64,000 bases of DNA from an uncultured delta proteobacterium (GCA_963845515.1 CAWJSR010000045.1:1-64000), one strand, 5' to 3'. Numbered from the stretch's first letter, positions 20,623-32,394 are shown. The notes: generated by a model from the sequence alone, not told the origin. Program-made: numbers and translations.

Positions 20623-21315
20623 GTGCGGCCGTCGTCCCAGCTCCGGATCACCCCGAGCGAACGCACCACGAGGCAGGCGGGGCTCGCGCTGTTCGCGAAG
20701 ACGACGTTCGATCGCGTCGCGGCGGCCGTCGGACTCCTCCTGATCTCCCCGCTGCTGCTCACGGCGGCCGCTGCCGTCAGGCTGGGGCTGGGCACGCCGG
20801 TCCTCTTCCGCCAGCAGCGCCCCGGGCTCCACGGGAGGCCGTTCGAGCTCCTGAAGCTCCGGACGATGCGCGAGGCCGCTGGCGCCGACGGCCGCCCGCT
20901 CCCTGACGCGGAGCGGCTCACCCGGCTCGGTGCCATCCTGCGCGCGACGAGCCTCGATGAGCTGCCCCAGCTCTGGAACGTGCTGAAGGGAGAGGTGAGC
21001 CTCGTCGGGCCACGTCCGCTCCTCATGCAGTACCTGCCCAGGTACTCGCCCGAGCAGGCCCGCAGGCACGACGTGCTCCCCGGGATCACGGGCTGGGCGC
21101 AGGTGAACGGCCGCAACGCGATCTCGTGGGAGCAAAAGTTCACTCTCGACGTCTGGTACGTGGACCACTGGAGCCTGGCGCTGGATCTCAAGATCCTGCT
21201 CATGACCCTCGCGAGAGTCGTCTCCCGATCCGGGATCTCTCGGCGAGGCCACGCCACGATGCCCGAGTTCATGGGGAGCGATCGCTCTTCGACGGACTCT
21301 CCGCCACAGGTGTGA
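20623..21315 (+). CDS. Monotopic phosphoglycosyltransferase (PglC/EpsL-like sugar transferase)
   Basis: KTTFD, FRQQRPG, KLRTM, LRATSLDELPQLWNVLKGEVSLVGPRP, PGITGWAQVNGRN, LDVWYV. Confidence 0.9.
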   Translation: MRPSSQLRITPSERTTRQAGLALFAKTTFDRVAAAVGLLLISPLLLTAAAAVRLGLGTPVLFRQQRPGLHGRPFELLKLRTMREAAGADGRPLPDAERLTRLGAILRATSLDELPQLWNVLKGEVSLVGPRPLLMQYLPRYSPEQARRHDVLPGITGWAQVNGRNAISWEQKFTLDVWYVDHWSLALDLKILLMTLARVVSRSGISRRGHATMPEFMGSDRSSTDSPPQV

Positions 21316-21492
21316 CAAAGTCGTACCTGTTGGGTCACTCGGCAATCGTAAGCACTGGAGATTGCGGGTCGTCCCCGTTGGGATTGATCTGGCGTCAAAG
21401 CCGATTGCCTGCGCGCTCTTATCTCCGCTTGAGTTGGCTGATGCGCGCTCCCGCCGCACTTTTGGGGCGCTACTCAGCTGGGAGAGCGCGCA

Positions 21493-22173
21493 ATGCCGAC
21501 GGCGTCCTTCAGCGAGATCCCGACCCCCGCGCGCGACCTGCTCGTGCTCGGCGCCGGTGGTCACGGGAAGGTCGTCGCCGACGTCGGACTCTCGATGGGG
21601 CTACGGCTCATCGGCTTCGTCGACGACGATCCGACGCTCGCCGGCTCGGAGATCTGGGGGCTCCCCGTCATCGGGTGGGACCGGCTGGTCGCGGAGCGCG
21701 AGCGCTTCGGAGACGTCCTCGTCGCGCTGGGGATCGGCTCGAACGAAGCGAGGGAGCGCGCTCACAAGCGGCTGCGCCTGGCCGGGTTCGAGGTCGCCAC
21801 CCTGATCCATCCCTCCGCCGTGGTCGCGCGCTCGGCGCGGCTCGGCGAGGGGACGGCCGTGGTGGCGAACGCCGCCGTCAACCCTGACGCCGTCGTCGGC
21901 CAGGGGGTCATCGTGAACACCGGCGCGGTGGTCGAGCACGACTGCAGGGTCGACGACTACGCCCACCTCTCTCCCAAGGCCGCCCTCGGCGGCGCCGTCA
22001 CGGTGGGGAGGCGCAGTCACCTCGGGCTGGGCGCGGTCGCCCTGCCGGGCGTCAAGATCGGCGCCGACGTGCGCGCTGGCGCCGGCGCGGCGATCCACAG
22101 GGACGTCGCCGATGGCCTGACAGTGGTCGGCGTTCCGGCCCGGCCGATCGACGCGAAGGTGGGTGCCCTGTGA
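21493..22173 (+). CDS. Sugar acetyltransferase (PglD/NeuD/EpsM family)
   Basis: LGAGGHGKVVAD, LIHPSAVV, IVNTGAVVEHDC, hexapeptide repeats, VVGVPAR. Confidence 0.9.
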   Translation: MPTASFSEIPTPARDLLVLGAGGHGKVVADVGLSMGLRLIGFVDDDPTLAGSEIWGLPVIGWDRLVAERERFGDVLVALGIGSNEARERAHKRLRLAGFEVATLIHPSAVVARSARLGEGTAVVANAAVNPDAVVGQGVIVNTGAVVEHDCRVDDYAHLSPKAALGGAVTVGRRSHLGLGAVALPGVKIGADVRAGAGAAIHRDVADGLTVVGVPARPIDAKVGAL

Positions 22174-23395
22174 GCCGCCTCTACCTGTCTCCGCCGCACA
22201 TGGGCGGCGAGGAGCGGAGCGCTCCTCGCGGAGGCCTTCGACTCCAACTGGATCGCCCCGCTCGGCCCCCACGTGGACGCCTTCGAGCGCGAGCTGGCCG
22301 GCCGGACCGGCGTCGCGCACGCCGCGGCCCTCTCCAGCGGCACGGCGGCACTCCACCTCGCGCTCCGGATCCTCGGGGTGGGGCCGCGGCGACGAGGTGA
22401 TCGCCCCGACGCTCACCTTCTCGGCGACGGTCAACCCGATCCTCTACGAGGGGGCTCGCCCGGTCTTCATCGACTCGAGCCGCGAGACCTGGACCATGGA
22501 CCCGGCCCTGCTCGAGGAGGAGCTGGCGGCCGCCGCCAGGCGCGGCAAGCTCCCCAAGGCCGTCATCGTCGTCGATCTCTACGGGCAGTGCGCCGACTAC
22601 GACCCGATCGTCGCGGCCTGCGAGCGCTACGGCGTGCCGCTCGTCGAGGACGCCGCCGAGGCGCTCGGCGCGACGTACACGGGGCGCGCGGCCGGCTCCT
22701 TCGGCGCGCTGGGCGTCTTCTCCTTCAACGGCAACAAGATCATCACCACCAGCGGCGGCGGGATGCTCCTGTCCGACCGGAAGGAGCTGATCGAGCAGGC
22801 GCGCTTCCTCGCCACGCAGGCGCGCGACCCGGCCCCGCACTACCAGCACTCCGAGATCGGCTTCAACTACCGGCTGTCGCAACCTGCTGGCCGCGGTGGG
22901 GCGCGGGCAGCTCCGCGTGCTCGACCAGCGAGTCGCCCGGCGCCGCGAGGTCAACGCGCTCTACCGGCGGCGCTCGGCGGCGTCCCGGGCCTCGCCTTCA
23001 TGCCCGAGGCCGAGTACGGCGCTCGAACGCGCTGGCTCACCGCCGTCACCTTCGACGCCGGCGGCGTTCGGCGCCGACCGCGAGGCGGTCCGGCTTGCGC
23101 CTGGAGCAGCGCGACATCGAGGCCCGCCCGGTCTGGAAGCCGATGCACCTGCAGCCCGTCTTCTCCGGCTTCGCCGCGCGCGGCGGCGCGGTGGCAGACC
23201 GAGCTCTTCGAGCGCGGCCTCTGCCTGCCGAGCGGCTCGAGCATGACCGACGAGGACGTGGTGCGGGTCGCCGCGGAGGTGGTCGCGACCAGCCCCGCGC
23301 TGGCGCTGCGCGCCGCGTCGGCCCAGCGCGCTCCCCGGCCCCCCGCCGCCCCCTCGCCGTCCGCCACCATGGAACCCGCTTCGATCGGTGAGTGA
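22170..23395 (+). CDS. DegT/DnrJ PLP aminotransferase (PglE/EpsN-like); several frameshifts
   Basis: LYLSPPHMGGEE, SNWIAPLGP, SSGTAALHLAL, EDAAEALG, FSFNGNKIITTSGGG, GFNYRLS, RPVWKPMHLQP, GLCLPSGS. Confidence 0.9.
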
Positions 23396-23397
23396 TC

Positions 23398-25322
23398 ATG
23401 ACCCAGCGCGAGGCATGGATCCGGATCGCCGCCCGCCGCACCGTCGTCATCGGGGCGCACCTCCTCCTCTGGACGTCGGCGCTCGGGATCGCCTTCCTGA
23501 TCCGGTTCGAGCTCTACGTCCCCGAGCTCTACGTCGGCGCCCTGCTGGCGTCGCTGCCCGTCATGCTCGCGATCCGGACGGCGGTCTTCTTCGGCGGCGG
23601 CCTCTTCCGCGGCATCTGGCGCTACACGAGCGCCGGCGACGCCATCGGCATCGTCCAGGCGACCACGGCCTCCACGCTCCTCTTCGCGCTCGCGCTCCTC
23701 GCGCTCGGGCAGCCCTTCCCGCGGTCGGTCGTCGTCATCGACTACCTGCTCGCGATGGTGCTGGTGGGCGGCGCCAGGCTCTCCGTCCGCGTGCTGCGCC
23801 CGCACCGGGACGCGGCGACACCCAGCGGCGAGAGCGCGAGCCGCGTCCTGGTCGTCGGCGCCGGCGACGCCGGGGAGCTGCTCGTCGCAGACCTGAAGCG
23901 CCGGTACGCGGGGCGCTACGAGGTGGTCGGCTTCGTGGACGACGACCCGACGAAGATCGGCGGCCACATCCACGGCGTCCGGGTCCTCGGCGTGATCGCC
24001 GACCTCCCGCGGATCGTCGCCGGGCAGCAGGCCGATCAGGTCCTCATCGCCATCCCGACCGCGAACGGCGCGCAGATGCGCCGGATCGTCCGGCTCTGCG
24101 AGCAGTCGGGCGCGAAGTCCAGGACCATCCCGGGCCTCGCCGACCTGGTCGACGGCCAGGTCAGCGTCAACCAGCTCCGCCCCGTCGCCATCGAGGACCT
24201 CCTCGGGCGCGACCCGGTGGAGCTGGACATGGCGCTCATCTCCCGGGAGATGACGGGGCGCGCCGTGCTGGTGACGGGCGCGGGCGGCTCCATCGGCTCC
24301 GAGCTGTGCCGGCAGGTCGCCCGCTTCGAGCCGCGGTCGTCGTCCTCGTGGAGCGGGCTGAGAACGCCCTCTTCCACGTCCACCGCGAGCTGGAGGCCCG
24401 CTTCCCCGACCGTCCGGTTCGCGCCCTGCGTGGCCGACGTCGCCGAGGAGCGGCGGATGGAGGCCATCTTCGCGAGCCCATCGCCCGAGCGTCGTCTTCC
24501 ACGCCGCGGCCCACAAGCACGTGCCGATGATGGAGTGGAACCCCGGCGAGGCGGTCAAGAACAACGTCTTCGGCACGCGCAGCGCTCGCCGACGCTCGCC
24601 GACCGCCACGGCGTCGAGCGGTTCGTCATGATCTCGACCGACAAGGCGGTCAACCCCACGTCGGTCATGGGCGCCACCAAGCGCGTCGCCGAGATGTACG
24701 TCCAGGCGCTCGTCGCAGCGAGTCGACGACGCGGTTCGTCGCGGTCCGCTTCGGCAACGTCCTCGGCATCGAACGGCAGCGTCATCCCGATCTTCCAGGA
24801 GCAGATCGCGCGGGGCGGGCCGGTCACGGTCACGCACCCGGAGATGACGCCGCTACTTCATGACGATCCCCGAGGCCAGCCAGCTCGTCCTGCAGGCCGG
24901 CGCGATGGGCAACGGCGGAGAGATCTTCGTCCTCGACATGGGCGAGCCGGTCCGGATCGTCGACCTCGCGCGGCGACCTGATCCGCCTCTCCGGGCTGAG
25001 GCCGGGCGAGGACATCGAGATCCAGTTCACCGGCCTGCGCCCCGGCGAGAAGCTCTTCGAGGAGCTGTCGGTGGGGGCGGAGCACGCCGAGCAGACGCGC
25101 CACCCGAAGATCTTCGTCGGCCGCTTCCGGCCGTTCGACTGGGAAGAGCTGAGGCGCCTCCTCGGCGCCCTGGCGATGGCGCCGCCCGACGATCCGGTGG
25201 CGATCCGGCGAGCGCTGCGACGGCTCGTCCCCGAGTACACGCCCGTCGACGCGCTGGCGGTCGACATCACCGACGTCACCGACCGCGCTCCGGTCGTGGC
25301 GCCGCTCTCCGCGACGGCCTGA
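23398..25322 (+). CDS. CapD/PglF-family dehydratase, copy 2; several frameshifts
   Basis: Same motif set as 2413-4278 with a different C-terminal tail ([15 protein letters not shown]...VVAPLSATA*). Confidence 0.9.
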
Positions 25323-25378
25323 GCCGCGCGGGTGACCTGGCTGCGATCGCGAGTCGAGACTGGAAGGGGAAGCGAGAG

Positions 25379-25942
25379 ATGGACATCAGGAAAGTCGTCG
25401 TCGCTGGACTGCTGGTGGTCGGACTCGTCGTCGCCGTCGGCGCGGCCCTCGTCAGACCGGCCGCGCGGAACGGGCCGCCGGTGGGATTGGCCTCACAGCC
25501 ATTGACGCCCTCGCTCAGCGAAGCAGGCGCGCCCGCCGGAGTCGGCGCGGTCGCCGCCGCGGCACCCGCGGATCCCGCGCCGTTCGCGCGCGCCACGCCC
25601 CCCGGGGCGAAGACGGCGACCGGCGTCGTGCCGAAGGCCGCCCAGCAGGCGAGGGGCCCGGCCGGCTCGGTGAGACGCGAGGAGCTGAGGGCGATCCGGC
25701 GTGACCTCATCGCAGGGTTCGCGGGCTTCCGGAGGCAGGTCGAGGAGTGCGGGGCGGAGAGCGCGTCCTTCGTGCTCGCCCTGGAGGCCGCCGCGGGCGC
25801 CGTTCGCGTCCAGGGGGCGCGGCTCGAGTTCAAGGGCTCCGCGCCGGACGCGGCGGTCGCCTGCGCGCAGTCCGCGCTCAGGGGCAAGGTCATCCGGGCC
25901 CCGGGCGTAGACGCAGGCAGGCGCTGGGAGGCGCCGCTCTAG
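25379..25942 (+). CDS. Hypothetical single-pass membrane protein with Pro/Ala linker and a small two-Cys C-terminal domain
   Basis: [26 protein letters not shown] segment; purine-rich RBS region; C-terminal FRRQVEECG...[11 protein letters not shown]. Confidence 0.6.
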   Translation: MDIRKVVVAGLLVVGLVVAVGAALVRPAARNGPPVGLASQPLTPSLSEAGAPAGVGAVAAAAPADPAPFARATPPGAKTATGVVPKAAQQARGPAGSVRREELRAIRRDLIAGFAGFRRQVEECGAESASFVLALEAAAGAVRVQGARLEFKGSAPDAAVACAQSALRGKVIRAPGVDAGRRWEAPL

Positions 25943-26089
25943 GCAACGCCCGGCGGGGCGCCGGGACCCATTGGGATTGGGTCGTAGAGGAGATGTCGAA
26001 GCGTGCGGCAGTCACCTGTTTGCTTGAACGGATTCCGGTTCGACCACTTGCAGCCCGCAGGGTGGCCGTGGATCGGAGGGAGAGAGAAC

Positions 26090-29000
26090 GTGAAACCACT
26101 CAGCCTATTGGGCATGTCACTGGCGCTCGGTGCAGCCGTCGGCGGTCAGCAGGCACTTGCACAGATGCCGCCACCCGGGTCCGCGCCGCACTACTTCAGC
26201 GTCCCCAACTATGCGAACAGTCCGCTGCCCGTGGTCGTCGGGACGACGGTGACGGGCGGCATCCGGAAGTTCGTCGACGGGCTCCCTGGCCTCGGCGCGG
26301 CCGGTGCCAACAACCTCGGCCAGTACATCCCGCTCGCCGTCCCGGACACCACGACGTATCCGGGCACCGACTACTACGAGATCGCGGTGGTCCAGTACTT
26401 GGAGAAGATGCACTCCGACCTGCCGCCGACGAAGCTCCGCGGCTACGTGCAGCTCGCGACCCCAGTCTACGCGGGCAACTGGGTGCCCCTCGTGAACACC
26501 GACGGGAGCCCCATCCTGCTGCCCGACGGGTCGCAGGCCGCGGGCGTCGAGGGGCCGCACTACCTCGGTCCGCTCATCGCCGCGACGAAGGACCGCCCGG
26601 TCCGGATCCTCTTCCGCAACCTCCTCCCGACCGGCGTTGCCGGGAACCTCTTCATCCCCGTCGACACCACCGTCATGGGCTCGGGGATGGGACCTGAGCT
26701 GGCGGGGATTCCCGAGCCTGACCCGCTCAACCCGATGTGCGGGATGATCCCCAAGCCCGCGGGCTGCTTCGCAGAGAACCGCGCCACGCTGCACCTGCAC
26801 GGCGGGATCTCGCCGTGGATCAGCGACGGCACGCCGCACCAGTGGATCACGCCGGCCGGTGAGGACACCTCGTACCCGAAGGGCGTCAGCGTCACTGCGG
26901 TGCCGGACATGCCCGACCCGGGGCCGGGCGCGATGACCTTCTTCTACACGAACCAGCAGAGCGCGCGGTTGATGTTCTACCACGACCACGCGTGGGGCAT
27001 CACGCGGCTCAACGTGTACGCCGGCGAGGCCGCCGCGTACATGATCAGCGATCCGACCGAGCAGGGGCTCGTGGCCAGCGGGATCCTCCCCGCCGATCAG
27101 ATCCCGCTCGTCATCCAGGACAAGACCTTCGTCCCGTCCGCCGAGCAGCTCGCCATGCAGGACCCGACCTGGGACATGGATCGCTGGGGCGGCTTCGGCC
27201 AGCTCTGGGTGCCGCACGTCTACTCCCCGGCGCAGAACCCCGGCGACGCCTCCGGCGTGAACGCGTACGGGCGCTGGGCCTACGGCCCGTGGTTCTGGCC
27301 GCCCACGCGCGTCACCAACATGCCGGTCGCGAACCCCTACTACGACCCCATGTGCAACCCGGACCTCGGCTGGTGCGAGCCGCCGCAGATGCCGGGCACG
27401 CCATTCATCTCGATGGGCATGGAGGCCTTCAACGACACGCCGCTCGTCAACGGCACGGTCTACCCGACCGTCACGATCGAGCCGAAGACCTACCGGTTCC
27501 GAATCCTCAACGCGGCCAACGACCGCTTCTTCAACCTGAGCCTCTACGTGGCCGACGCCTCCGGCAAGGAGGTCGCGCTCAACGCGGCCGAGGTGCTGGC
27601 AGCGCTCGCCGATCCTCCGGGCGTCTTCCCCACGCCGGACACGCTCCTCGAGCCCTCCGGGCCCGGACTGGGTCCAGATCGGCACCGAGGGCGGCTTCCT
27701 CCCGGCGCCGGTCGTCATCCCGCCGCAGGTCACCACGTGGGTGACCGACCCTACGGTGTTCAACGCGGGCAACGTCGACCAGCACTCGCTGCTCCTCGGC
27801 CCCGCGGAGCGCGCCGACGTCGTCGTCGACTTCTCGGCCTTCGCCGGGCAGACCCTCATCCTCTACAACGACGCCCCCGCCGCCTTCCCGGCCCGTGATC
27901 CGCGCTACGACTACTACACCGGCAACGCGGACCTCACCTCGTCGGGCGGCGCCCCCTCGACCCTCCCCGGCTACGGCCCGAACACCCGGACGGTCATGCA
28001 GATCGTCGTGGCGGGGACGCCGGCGGCCCCGTTCAACCTGGCAGCGCTGCAGACCGCGTTCAAGGCGAGGAGCCTCGGCGGTCAGGGCGTGTTCGAGGAC
28101 TCGCAGCACCCGATCGTCGTCGGGCAGGGCGCCTACAACACGGCCTACGGCACGGCGTTCTGGAACAACGGTCCCCGGGCCGGCCTCGTGCAGATCTTCG
28201 ACGAGTCCCTGGACTTCGACACGCTCGTCGGCACCCCGCTCGTGATGCCCCTCCTGCGGAAGGCCATCCAGGACGAGATGGGTGAGGCCTTCGACAAGGA
28301 GTACGGCCGGATGAGCGGCAACCTCGGCCTCGAGACGCCCAACATACAGGCCGGGCTGGCGCAGACGCTGATCCTGTACCCGTACGTGAACCCCGCCTCG
28401 GAGGTCTTCGAAGGGATCGAGCTGCCGCCAGGAGTCTCGGTGACCCCGATCAGCACGACGACCGACGGCTCCCAGATCTGGAAGATCACCCACAACGGCG
28501 TGGACACCCACCCGATCCACTTCCACCTGTTCGACGTCCAGATCATCAACCGCGTCGGCTGGGACGGGATCATCCGGAAGCCGGACCCCAACGAGATCGG
28601 CTGGAAGGACACGCTCCGGATCAGCCCGCTCGAGGACACGATCGTCGCCATGCGGCCGATCGTCCCGAAGGTGCCGTTCGGCCTCACGGAGAGCGTGCGG
28701 CCGCTCAATCCGATGATGCCGCTCGGGTCGCCGGACGGCTTCGTCAACCTCGACATGTACGCCCAGCCCATCGTCCCGCCCATCACCAACGAGCTGACCA
28801 ACTTCGGCTGGGAGTACGTGTGGCACTGCCACATCCTCAGCCACGAGGAGATGGACATGATGCGGCCGATGACCGTCGCCGTGAACGTCGTGACGCCTGG
28901 CCAGCCGCTGGCGGGCTTCACGCCCAACGGGGACGGGACGGTCACGGTGGCCTGGACCGACCCGACGCCGGTGAGCTACTCGACGATCCTCGACTGGGGC

Positions 29001-30101
29001 AACCCGGCCAACGAGGTCGGCTTCGGGATCGAGCGGGGCATCGCGGACGGTGGTGGCAACGTCGCGACCTGGACCCAGATCGGCAACGCCATGGCCAACG
29101 CGACCCGCTTCCTCGACACCAGCCCCGGCGCGGGCAACATCCGCTACCGCATCGCCGCGTGGAACGCCGCGGGCGTGACGTACTCGGCGACCGCGTTCGG
29201 GAGCCTGGTGATTCCGCCGGCCACCGGCGTCATCCTGACGTCGAGCCAACCCAGCCCGCAAGCGGCGGGGACCGCGGTCACCTTCACCGCTGCCGGCGAA
29301 GGCGCCTCCGGGTACCAGTACCGGTTCTGGCGGTATGACTACGCGGCGGCCGCGTGGTCAGTGGTCCAGGACTGGAGCTCGACGGCGACCTGGACGCAGG
29401 CCGGCACGACACCGGCGGGGTTCTACCGGATCGTCGCCGACGTGAGGACGGATCCCGCGTCGATCGGCAGGGATGCGTTCGCCTTCGTCGACTACCAACT
29501 CCTGGCGCCTCCGGCCACGGGCGTGACCCTGACGCCGAGCGCGCCGAGTCCGCAGGTGGCTGGGGCCGACGTGATCTTCACCGCGGCTGGGGCGGGATCC
29601 TCCGGCTACCTGTACCGGTTCTGGCAGTACGACTTCACCACGGCCACCTGGAGCGTGGTGCAGGACTGGAGCGCGACCGCCACCTGGACGCTGGCCGGCA
29701 CGACGCCGGCCGGGACCTACCGGGTGGTCGCCGACGTGAAGACGGACCCGCTCTCCGACGTTCGGGACGCCTTCACGTTCATCGACTACGACCTCGTCGC
29801 TCAGGCGCCCGCCACGGGCGTGATCCTGACGCCGAGCGTGCCCAGTCCGCAGGCTGCGGGGACCGCCGTGATCTTCACGGCCGCCGGAGTGGGGTCCGCG
29901 GGTTACGAGTACCGGTTCTGGGAGTACGACTACACCGCGGCCGCCTGGACCGTGGTGCAGGACTGGAGCGCGACCGACACCTGGACGCTGGTCGGCACGA
30001 CACCGGCCGGGCTGTACCGGGTCGTCGCCGACGTGAAGACGAACCCGGCCACGACCATCAGGGACGCCTTCACGTACATCGACTACTCGATCACGCCGTA
30101 G
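26090..30101 (+). CDS. Large secreted multicopper oxidase with FN3-like region and three C-terminal repeats; one frameshift near 27650
   Basis: Signal peptide (..QQALA-Q). All four Cu-binding motifs are present: HLHG, FYHDH, HPIHFHL, WHCHILSHEEMDMM. Confidence 0.9.
29214..30098 (+). repeat. Three tandem ~295-bp intragenic repeats (~98-aa beta-rich modules)
   Basis: Units start at about 29214, 29508 and 29805: PATGV.LT.S.PSPQ.AG..V.FTAAG.G..GY.YRFW.YD.....W.VVQDWS.T.TWT..GTTPAG.YR.VADV.T.P....RDAF...DY. Confidence 0.95.
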
Positions 30102-30212
30102 TCGCCGACGGAGGGGGCAGTCGGCCGGGGCCGCAGCGGGTCATCGCTGCGGCCCCGGCTCGTCTCTGCGGCGCCCTTGGCAGGCGACGCCGAGTGGACG
30201 AATATTCGCGCC

Positions 30213-31139
30213 ATGTCGAAGAAGATCCTGATCACCGGCGGCGCCGGGTTCATCGGCTCCACCGTCGCCGACCTGTTCCTCTCGAAGGGCTGGGACGTGG
30301 CGGTCCTCGACGACCTCTCCAGCGGCAAGCGCGAGAACGTCGCGAAGGGCGTCCGGCTCCACGTCTGCGACGTGCGCAGCCCCGAGGCGGCGAAGGCGGT
30401 CGCGGAGGAGAAGCCCGACGTCCTCTGCCACCACGCCGCGCAGATCGACGTCCGCAAGTCGATGGCCGACCCGCGCTCCGACGCCGACGTGAACGTCGGC
30501 GGCCTCCTGAATCTGCTGACGGCCGCGGCCGGCGCGGGCGTCCGCCAGCTCCTCTTCGCCTCCTCGGGCGGCGCGGGCTACGGCGAGACCGACGTCATCC
30601 CCTCGCCCGAGACGCTGCTGCCGGCCCCGGTCTCCGCCTACGGCGCCGCGAAGATGGCGAGCGAGCTCTACCTCGGCGTCTTCCGCGCGTCCCACGGCAT
30701 CAAGGCCGCGTGCCTGCGCTACGCCAACGTCTACGGGCCGCGCCAGGATCCACACGGCGAGGCCGGCGTCGTCGCCATCTTCTCCGGCCGCCTCCTCGAC
30801 GGGAAGCCCTGCACCGTCTACGGCGACGGGAAGCAGACGCGCGACTACGTCTACGTCGCCGACGTCGCGCGCATGAACCTGCTCGCCGCCGAGGCCGCCT
30901 TCGACGGCTCCGTGAACGTCGCCACCGGCGTCGAGACCGACGTCGTCCAGCTCTACGGCCACCTCGCGAAGGCGGCGGGCGTCACGCGCCCGCCCGAGTT
31001 CGCCGCGGCGCGGGCCGGCGAGCAGCGGCGCTCCTGCCTCGATCCGAGGCTGGCCGCCGCGAAGCTCGGCTGGAGGCCGGAGGTGCCGATCGCGGAGGGG
31101 CTCGCGCGGACGCTCGAGTGGTTCAAGGCGCGGCGGTAG
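30213..31139 (+). CDS. NAD-dependent epimerase (UDP-glucose 4-epimerase-like)
   Basis: ILITGGAGFIGS, YGAAK, LRYANVYGPRQDPHGEAGVVAIF, GDGKQTRDYVYVADV. Confidence 0.9.
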   Translation: MSKKILITGGAGFIGSTVADLFLSKGWDVAVLDDLSSGKRENVAKGVRLHVCDVRSPEAAKAVAEEKPDVLCHHAAQIDVRKSMADPRSDADVNVGGLLNLLTAAAGAGVRQLLFASSGGAGYGETDVIPSPETLLPAPVSAYGAAKMASELYLGVFRASHGIKAACLRYANVYGPRQDPHGEAGVVAIFSGRLLDGKPCTVYGDGKQTRDYVYVADVARMNLLAAEAAFDGSVNVATGVETDVVQLYGHLAKAAGVTRPPEFAAARAGEQRRSCLDPRLAAAKLGWRPEVPIAEGLARTLEWFKARR

Positions 31140-31164
31140 CCAGCAGCACGCCTGCCGGTGCACC

Positions 31165-31201
31165 TTGCACCTGCAAGAACGGCCGTACATACTTGCAGGT
31201 G
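31165..31201 (+). promoter_or_regulatory. sigma70-like promoter with a perfect inverted-repeat operator for Xre-RES
   Basis: TTGCAC (31165) -17 bp- CATACT (31188). CACCTGCAAG-N14-CTTGCAGGTG at 31168-31201. AAAGGAG RBS follows. Confidence 0.75.
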
Positions 31202-31212
31202 AAAGGAGCCGC

Positions 31213-31593
31213 ATGCACCCCAGGACCGCCCGCGCCAGCCCCGCCGTCGCGCCCGACGCGGTGGTCACGAAGGCCACGCTCCGGGCTGCCGAGCGGCTCG
31301 CGCTGCCCGACGCGGCACTCGCCAGGATCCTCGGCGTGAGCGCCGCCTCCATCTCGCGCCTCCGCTCCGGGCGCTCCATCCAGGCCGCCCAGAAGGAGGG
31401 CGAGCTGGCGCTCCTCTTCCTGCGGCTCTACCGGGGGCTCGACGCGCTGCTGGGTGGCGACGCCGAGGCCTGCCGTCGCTGGCTCCGCGGCGCGAACGCC
31501 CACCTGGGCGGCGTTCCGCTGCAGCTCATCCAGACCGTCTCGGGGCTCGTGAGTGTCGGCCAGTATCTGGACGCGATGCGCGGGAAGAACTGA
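31213..31593 (+). CDS. Xre/MbcA/ParS-family antitoxin
   Basis: HTH LARILGVSAASISRL, ELALLFLRLYRGLDALLGGD, WLRGANAHLGGVPLQLI...YLDAMRG. Confidence 0.85.
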   Translation: MHPRTARASPAVAPDAVVTKATLRAAERLALPDAALARILGVSAASISRLRSGRSIQAAQKEGELALLFLRLYRGLDALLGGDAEACRRWLRGANAHLGGVPLQLIQTVSGLVSVGQYLDAMRGKN

Positions 31594-32323
31594 GCGCCGG
31601 CGGCTCGTCGCCGAGCCGTGGCGCGCGGTCGAGGCGCAGCACCTGGTCTCGACGCGGGCGCTCGTCGACTCGCTCGCCGAGCAGGCGCTCCTCGAGGAGC
31701 TCCTGGACGCCGCGAAGCCGCCGGTCCCGGCGGACGGTGAGTTCCAGGGGCTCCACTACCTGCTGGCGACGCCGTTCAGGTACCCGCCGCTCGCCCACGG
31801 CTCGCGCTTCGGGCGCCGGCACGAGCGGGGCATCTGGTACGGCTCCGACAGCCGCGAGACCGCGCTCGCCGAGCTCTCCTACTACCGGCTCCTCTTCTTC
31901 GCCGGGACGAGCGCCTCGCTCCTCCCGAACACCACGCAGCTCTCGGTGTTTCGCGCGCGCGTCGCGACCGGCGCCGGGATCGACCTGACGGCGCCGCCCT
32001 TCGCTGAGCACCGGGCGCGCATCTCGGCGAGGGGCTCCTACGGCGCGTCGCAGCAGCTCGGCACCGAGATGCGCGAGGCCGGCGTCGAGGCCTTCCGCTA
32101 CTCGTCGGCGCGGGATCCGGCGGGAGGCACCAACGTGGGCGTCTTCACCCCCGCCGCCTTCGCCGCGAGGAGGCCGAGGGGGCCGGCCGAGACGTGGCAC
32201 TGCACCGTCACCGAGGCCGGCGACGTGGAGTGGGTCCGTCAGGACGCCGTCGCGGTGCGCCGGCTGCGCCATGCGCGCGCCGGCTTCCTGGTGCGCGGGA
32301 AGCTGCCGGCGCCGGCGGTGTAG
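31553..32323 (+). CDS. RES-domain toxin
   Basis: WRAVEAQH, LEELLD, TPFRYPPL.HGSRFG, GIWYGS..ETALAE, YSSARDP. Confidence 0.88.
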   Translation: MSASIWTRCAGRTERRRLVAEPWRAVEAQHLVSTRALVDSLAEQALLEELLDAAKPPVPADGEFQGLHYLLATPFRYPPLAHGSRFGRRHERGIWYGSDSRETALAELSYYRLLFFAGTSASLLPNTTQLSVFRARVATGAGIDLTAPPFAEHRARISARGSYGASQQLGTEMREAGVEAFRYSSARDPAGGTNVGVFTPAAFAARRPRGPAETWHCTVTEAGDVEWVRQDAVAVRRLRHARAGFLVRGKLPAPAV

Positions 32324-32356
32324 ACCAGAGCGCCCGCCGCAGATGTATTGGCTGCT

Positions 32357-32394
32357 CCCTCACCCTGACCCTCCCCCTCGATGCGGGGGAGGGG
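32357..32394 (+). repeat. BoxC-like palindrome between two TA pairs
   Basis: ccctcaccctgaccctccccctcgatgcgggggagggg. Confidence 0.8.

Noticed and set aside
29214..30098. Diversity-generating retroelement TR/VR pair
   Set aside because: The three repeats are in-frame domain duplications, their differences are not confined to adenines, and there is no reverse transcriptase in the window.
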